From Orbicella franksi (taxonomy: Eukaryota): a stretch of 64,000 bases of DNA. Where the stretch lies: positions 9,610,001 to 9,674,000 of the forward strand of contig OZ116698.1 in NCBI GenBank assembly GCA_964199315.1, given 5' to 3'. Of this stretch, positions 61,401-64,000 are shown piece after piece; position 1 is the first letter of the stretch; the number at the start of each line of letters is the position of its first letter. Below the pieces are notes generated by a model. It had not been told where the DNA came from. It made no database searches and was given only the letters and a program-made list of their open reading frames with translations. The position numbers and the translations under genes were made by a program.

Positions 61401-63602
61401 ATCTGCTAGTGCTGAAATGATTGATAGAGAGGATGATGAAATGATGGGAGACAATGAAAACTTGAGTCCAGCAAGAAGGAGACCAAGACGAAAGAAAACC
61501 CATGGTCAGTTAAGTTTCCTTGATTTGGTTTTAACACTGATGGTTTCTTTCGATACTCCCCCGTGGTTGGGATGCAGTATTGTCCCCTTATTGCTAGCAT
61601 TTTGTTTCCCAGTACCCATTTGAAGGAGTGTGGAGAATAAGGACCTTAGAAGTGACTGTTGATGTAAAGTCAAACCCTCCTTGTGTCTCACAGGAGAACT
61701 AAGGCAATCTGAAATGAGATTCTAGCAATTTATCAGAAGTCTCTTAAGGTTACTTCAAACCTTCGCGGGAGTCCTCCAGAAAAAAATTTGTACGCGCGCT
61801 GTTTTCAAGGAAACCCCCACAAACTATATATCAACAGAAAGGTTATAAAATGTACAATTCGGTAAAATTATGTTTTGTTTTGGATTTGGCCTTCCAAAGG
61901 TGGCAGAGGCCGTCAACTCCAAAATGACCGACTGACGTTCCAGTGAATTAATCGGGTATCAAATGCGATTGTTCATGCAACAAACTGTGCAGTGTTGATA
62001 ACAAAGCCTCAATCTCCAAAAACTTGTCAGCATTTTCTTTTATTTCTATTGGTTATCTTTTTATAGATCTGTCAAGTTTGACTATCGAAAAATTCGTGTA
62101 ACCTGTTACGTTAAAGGCCGCCACGAGGAAAGTATTTAAAATAAAGGAATTCACCGACACGATTTTGTTCTATATCTATCAGTGAATGTTCTGACCAAAT
62201 TTCATGGAAAACTGTCAGATCTGCATACCCTATTAATTCATTTAAAGAGAAGGGATTCTCTCGAAAAATGAGTGCAAGTTTTCGCCTTCTAAAAATTTAT
62301 AAACATATCATGCCTTGACAGAGGAATGTGTCAACTTGAAAGCCACGAGCCAATGAAATAACAGAACCCCTAGCATTCACAGTATGTAAACTTGTGCTTC
62401 GCAGACATTAATTTTCTTGACCAAAAACAATCGACCAATATAGCCCCGCGAAGGTTTGAAGTAACCTTAAGGATGTTTTCCAGGCAGCCCTTCATTTATA
62501 CACCTAGGTGGAGAGAGGCACTGTGTCAGGGGCTACTGCATGCATAATCAACTAAATAAATTATTGTTTCCAATTTTCTCATATTTTACGAGGATTTTTG
62601 CTTACAAATCATGTTTCCCTTGGCAAGTAACTTTTACCAAACTTATCTCAAATTAATGAAATGTGTCAGACCCATTGCAGTATTTCCAGCCTAATCAAAC
62701 TGTTTGTGACTTAAACAGAAACGATTATTATATATTGTTTTAGGCTCAAGAGATGTTGTCGATGGAGAAGAATACATTAACGATTATGATGGATATGATG
62801 GCCCAGGAGACCCAAAGAGGTTGAGACCAAAAAAACATAAAACAAAGAAATTGCAAAGGTATTTATTACATAGCATTCATTAGGGTTTGTGAAGATGTCA
62901 TCATCACTTTATTTTAGCCGGGATTTTACTTCTCATGAACTTGTATTTGTTAGTCTTAATTTCTACTGTGGAAATTCATTATCTCAAATTTCCTCAGAAA
63001 TGTTCTGCTGCATGTCATATTTTCAACAGTCTTCCTATGTGTTTGAAAATGTTGAACATTACACATGGTCTCTCAGGTTTGAAATATTACCTGAAAAATG
63101 TTAGAATTGAGTGTAATCAATAATGTTATATAAAATACATTAATGTATACATATATGAAGGTAGGTAAAGTCTGCATATGAGCCAGGTAGCCCATCAGGC
63201 AGGAGCTTATCCTGGTTTCTGTAACTTGAAGTGGGTAGGAGTATTTCTACTCCCCCCTGAATGAGATGCTAGTCCATCACAGGGTTACCCCCAGCATTAC
63301 CTTTGCTGATATCCATTTATACACCTGGGCAGAGAGAGGCACTGTGAGAGTTAAGTGTCTTGCCCAAGAACACAACACAGTGTCCCCGGCCAGGGCTCAA
63401 ACCCGGACCGCTCTATCCGGAGACGAGTGCACTAATCATGAGGCCACCTCACCTCCCACTTATTCTTATATGTATGTAATATATGAATTTATTTCAGTTG
63501 TCAGTTCAATTAATTAAATATCTAGTAACTTAAACATTTCCAGACAACAAAATGGAACTTCAGCAGAAGAAGATAACTATAATGCAGATATTGATGGAGA
63601 AG
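55404..63602 (+). CDS. Unidentified protein, low-complexity charged N-terminus; continues beyond the window
   Basis: aacATGG start; in-phase GT-AG exons 55404-55683, 61301-61504, 62744-62858, 63544-63602; repeated basic clusters (QRRRKKR, RRPRRRSR, RRRPRRKK) alternating with acidic tracts; no folded domain in the visible part. Confidence 0.85.
55767..57480. mobile_element. Foldback-like non-autonomous DNA transposon with 6-bp flanking duplication
   Basis: Perfect 21-bp TIR CCAGACATAACTAATCGATGA / TCATCGATTAGTTATGTCTGG; ~200-bp subterminal arrays of GATGAGTAATC-like units; ATATAA at 55761-55766 and 57481-57486. Confidence 0.85.
56087..56752. mobile_element. hAT-like element with 5-bp TSD nested in the foldback element
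   Basis: Perfect 14-bp TIR CAGTGTTTCAGCCA / TGGCTGAAACACTG; AGTAG on both flanks. Confidence 0.85.
57807..58005. mobile_element. MITE with internal AGTCCGT/AGTCTGC repeats
   Basis: Imperfect TIR GGTCAGTAAAATACATG / CATGTTTTATACTGACC. Confidence 0.7.
58178..59455 (-). mobile_element. Internally deleted hAT-like transposon with a 110-aa ORF remnant (58741-59073)
   Basis: Perfect 16-bp TIR CAGGGCTGTCATTAAG / CTTAATGACAGCCCTG; flanks ATGTT / ATGGT; ORF starts MNKRKEPTSKQPGIGRFFSK, resembling the basic NLS-like start of many hAT transposases (no catalytic motifs present). Confidence 0.75.
59685..59915. repeat. Diverged tandem duplication, ~112-118 bp unit
   Basis: Two copies of AAAAGTC.TACAC...AAGACATG...AAATGCC.TTAACACTGA...GCTACAGTCT.CAATAAGC.GCCT. 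Confidence 0.75.
61744..62470. mobile_element. Kolobok-like non-autonomous element (TTAA TSD)
   Basis: Perfect 22-bp TIR GGTTACTTCAAACCTTCGCGGG / CCCGCGAAGGTTTGAAGTAACC, TTAA on both sides. Confidence 0.88.
63158..63457 (-). mobile_element. Full-length tRNA-derived SINE (ACCTT-tail family)
   Basis: Colinear with 49821-50139 over its whole length, with scattered substitutions. Confidence 0.88.
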
Positions 63603-63607
63603 GTAAC

Positions 63608-63809
63608 TAATAGGCCCTTTGTACGATCCGGTCACATGGTACAAAATCACGCATGCTGGTGAGCAAGTTGCGCAGTGGGACTTCCAATACAATGCAACTC
63701 GTACCAGTCCACCTGGACCTGCCTTTGTTTTGGAAGTCCCACTGCGCAACTTGCTCACCAGCATGTGTGATTTTGTACCATGTGACCGGATCGTGTAAAG
63801 GGTCTATTA
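63608..63809. mobile_element. Palindromic MITE with ~80-bp arms
   Basis: TAATAGGCCCTTT...GTGGGACTTCCAA and inverse TTGGAAGTCCCAC...AAAGGGTCTATTA with few mismatches. Confidence 0.88.
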
Positions 63810-64000
63810 TGCTTTATATTTTAGAAGCTAGTGGGTGAAAATCTTATCTTGATATAATCTTGTTTTGACTACTGAACTAGAAATATCTGTAGAACTTATA
63901 GGTTTATGGGGGTTTGTACTAGAAACAAAGTCTTATCTCTGTACAACACCGTAGTGTAAATGGTACTGTCTCAAATATTGGGTTAACGCTTTCATCTCAA

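Overview
Eukaryotic, intron-rich, AT-rich genomic DNA, most likely from a stony coral or other anthozoan (inferred from repeat types and gene architecture; not verifiable here). Seven protein-coding genes were reconstructed by hand from splice sites and reading-frame phase: a divergent T-box factor (-, runs off the left edge), PFDN6 (-), SURF1 (+), SLC39A7/ZIP7 (-), a makorin (+), POMT1 (-), an intronless TOP3B (-), plus an unidentified R/K/D/E-rich gene (+, runs off the right edge). Three gene pairs are head-to-head across only 300-440 bp. Introns carry many SINEs, MITEs and non-autonomous DNA transposons, often nested. Most notable observations: (1) a 261-bp circularly permuted repeat with a complete tRNA-like cloverleaf and a 15-bp target-site duplication (TSD); (2) three Penelope-type minimal hammerhead ribozyme motifs, all sense to the host intron; (3) several CAG...CTG transposons with 5-bp TSDs, one confirmed by an empty-site paralog in the window, plus a foldback element with a 6-bp TSD; (4) linkage of orthologs of human 6p21.3 and 9q34 genes (proto-MHC-like synteny); (5) an intronless TOP3B; (6) an ambiguous makorin start (possible ACG). 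No CRISPR array, rRNA or genuine tRNA gene was found.
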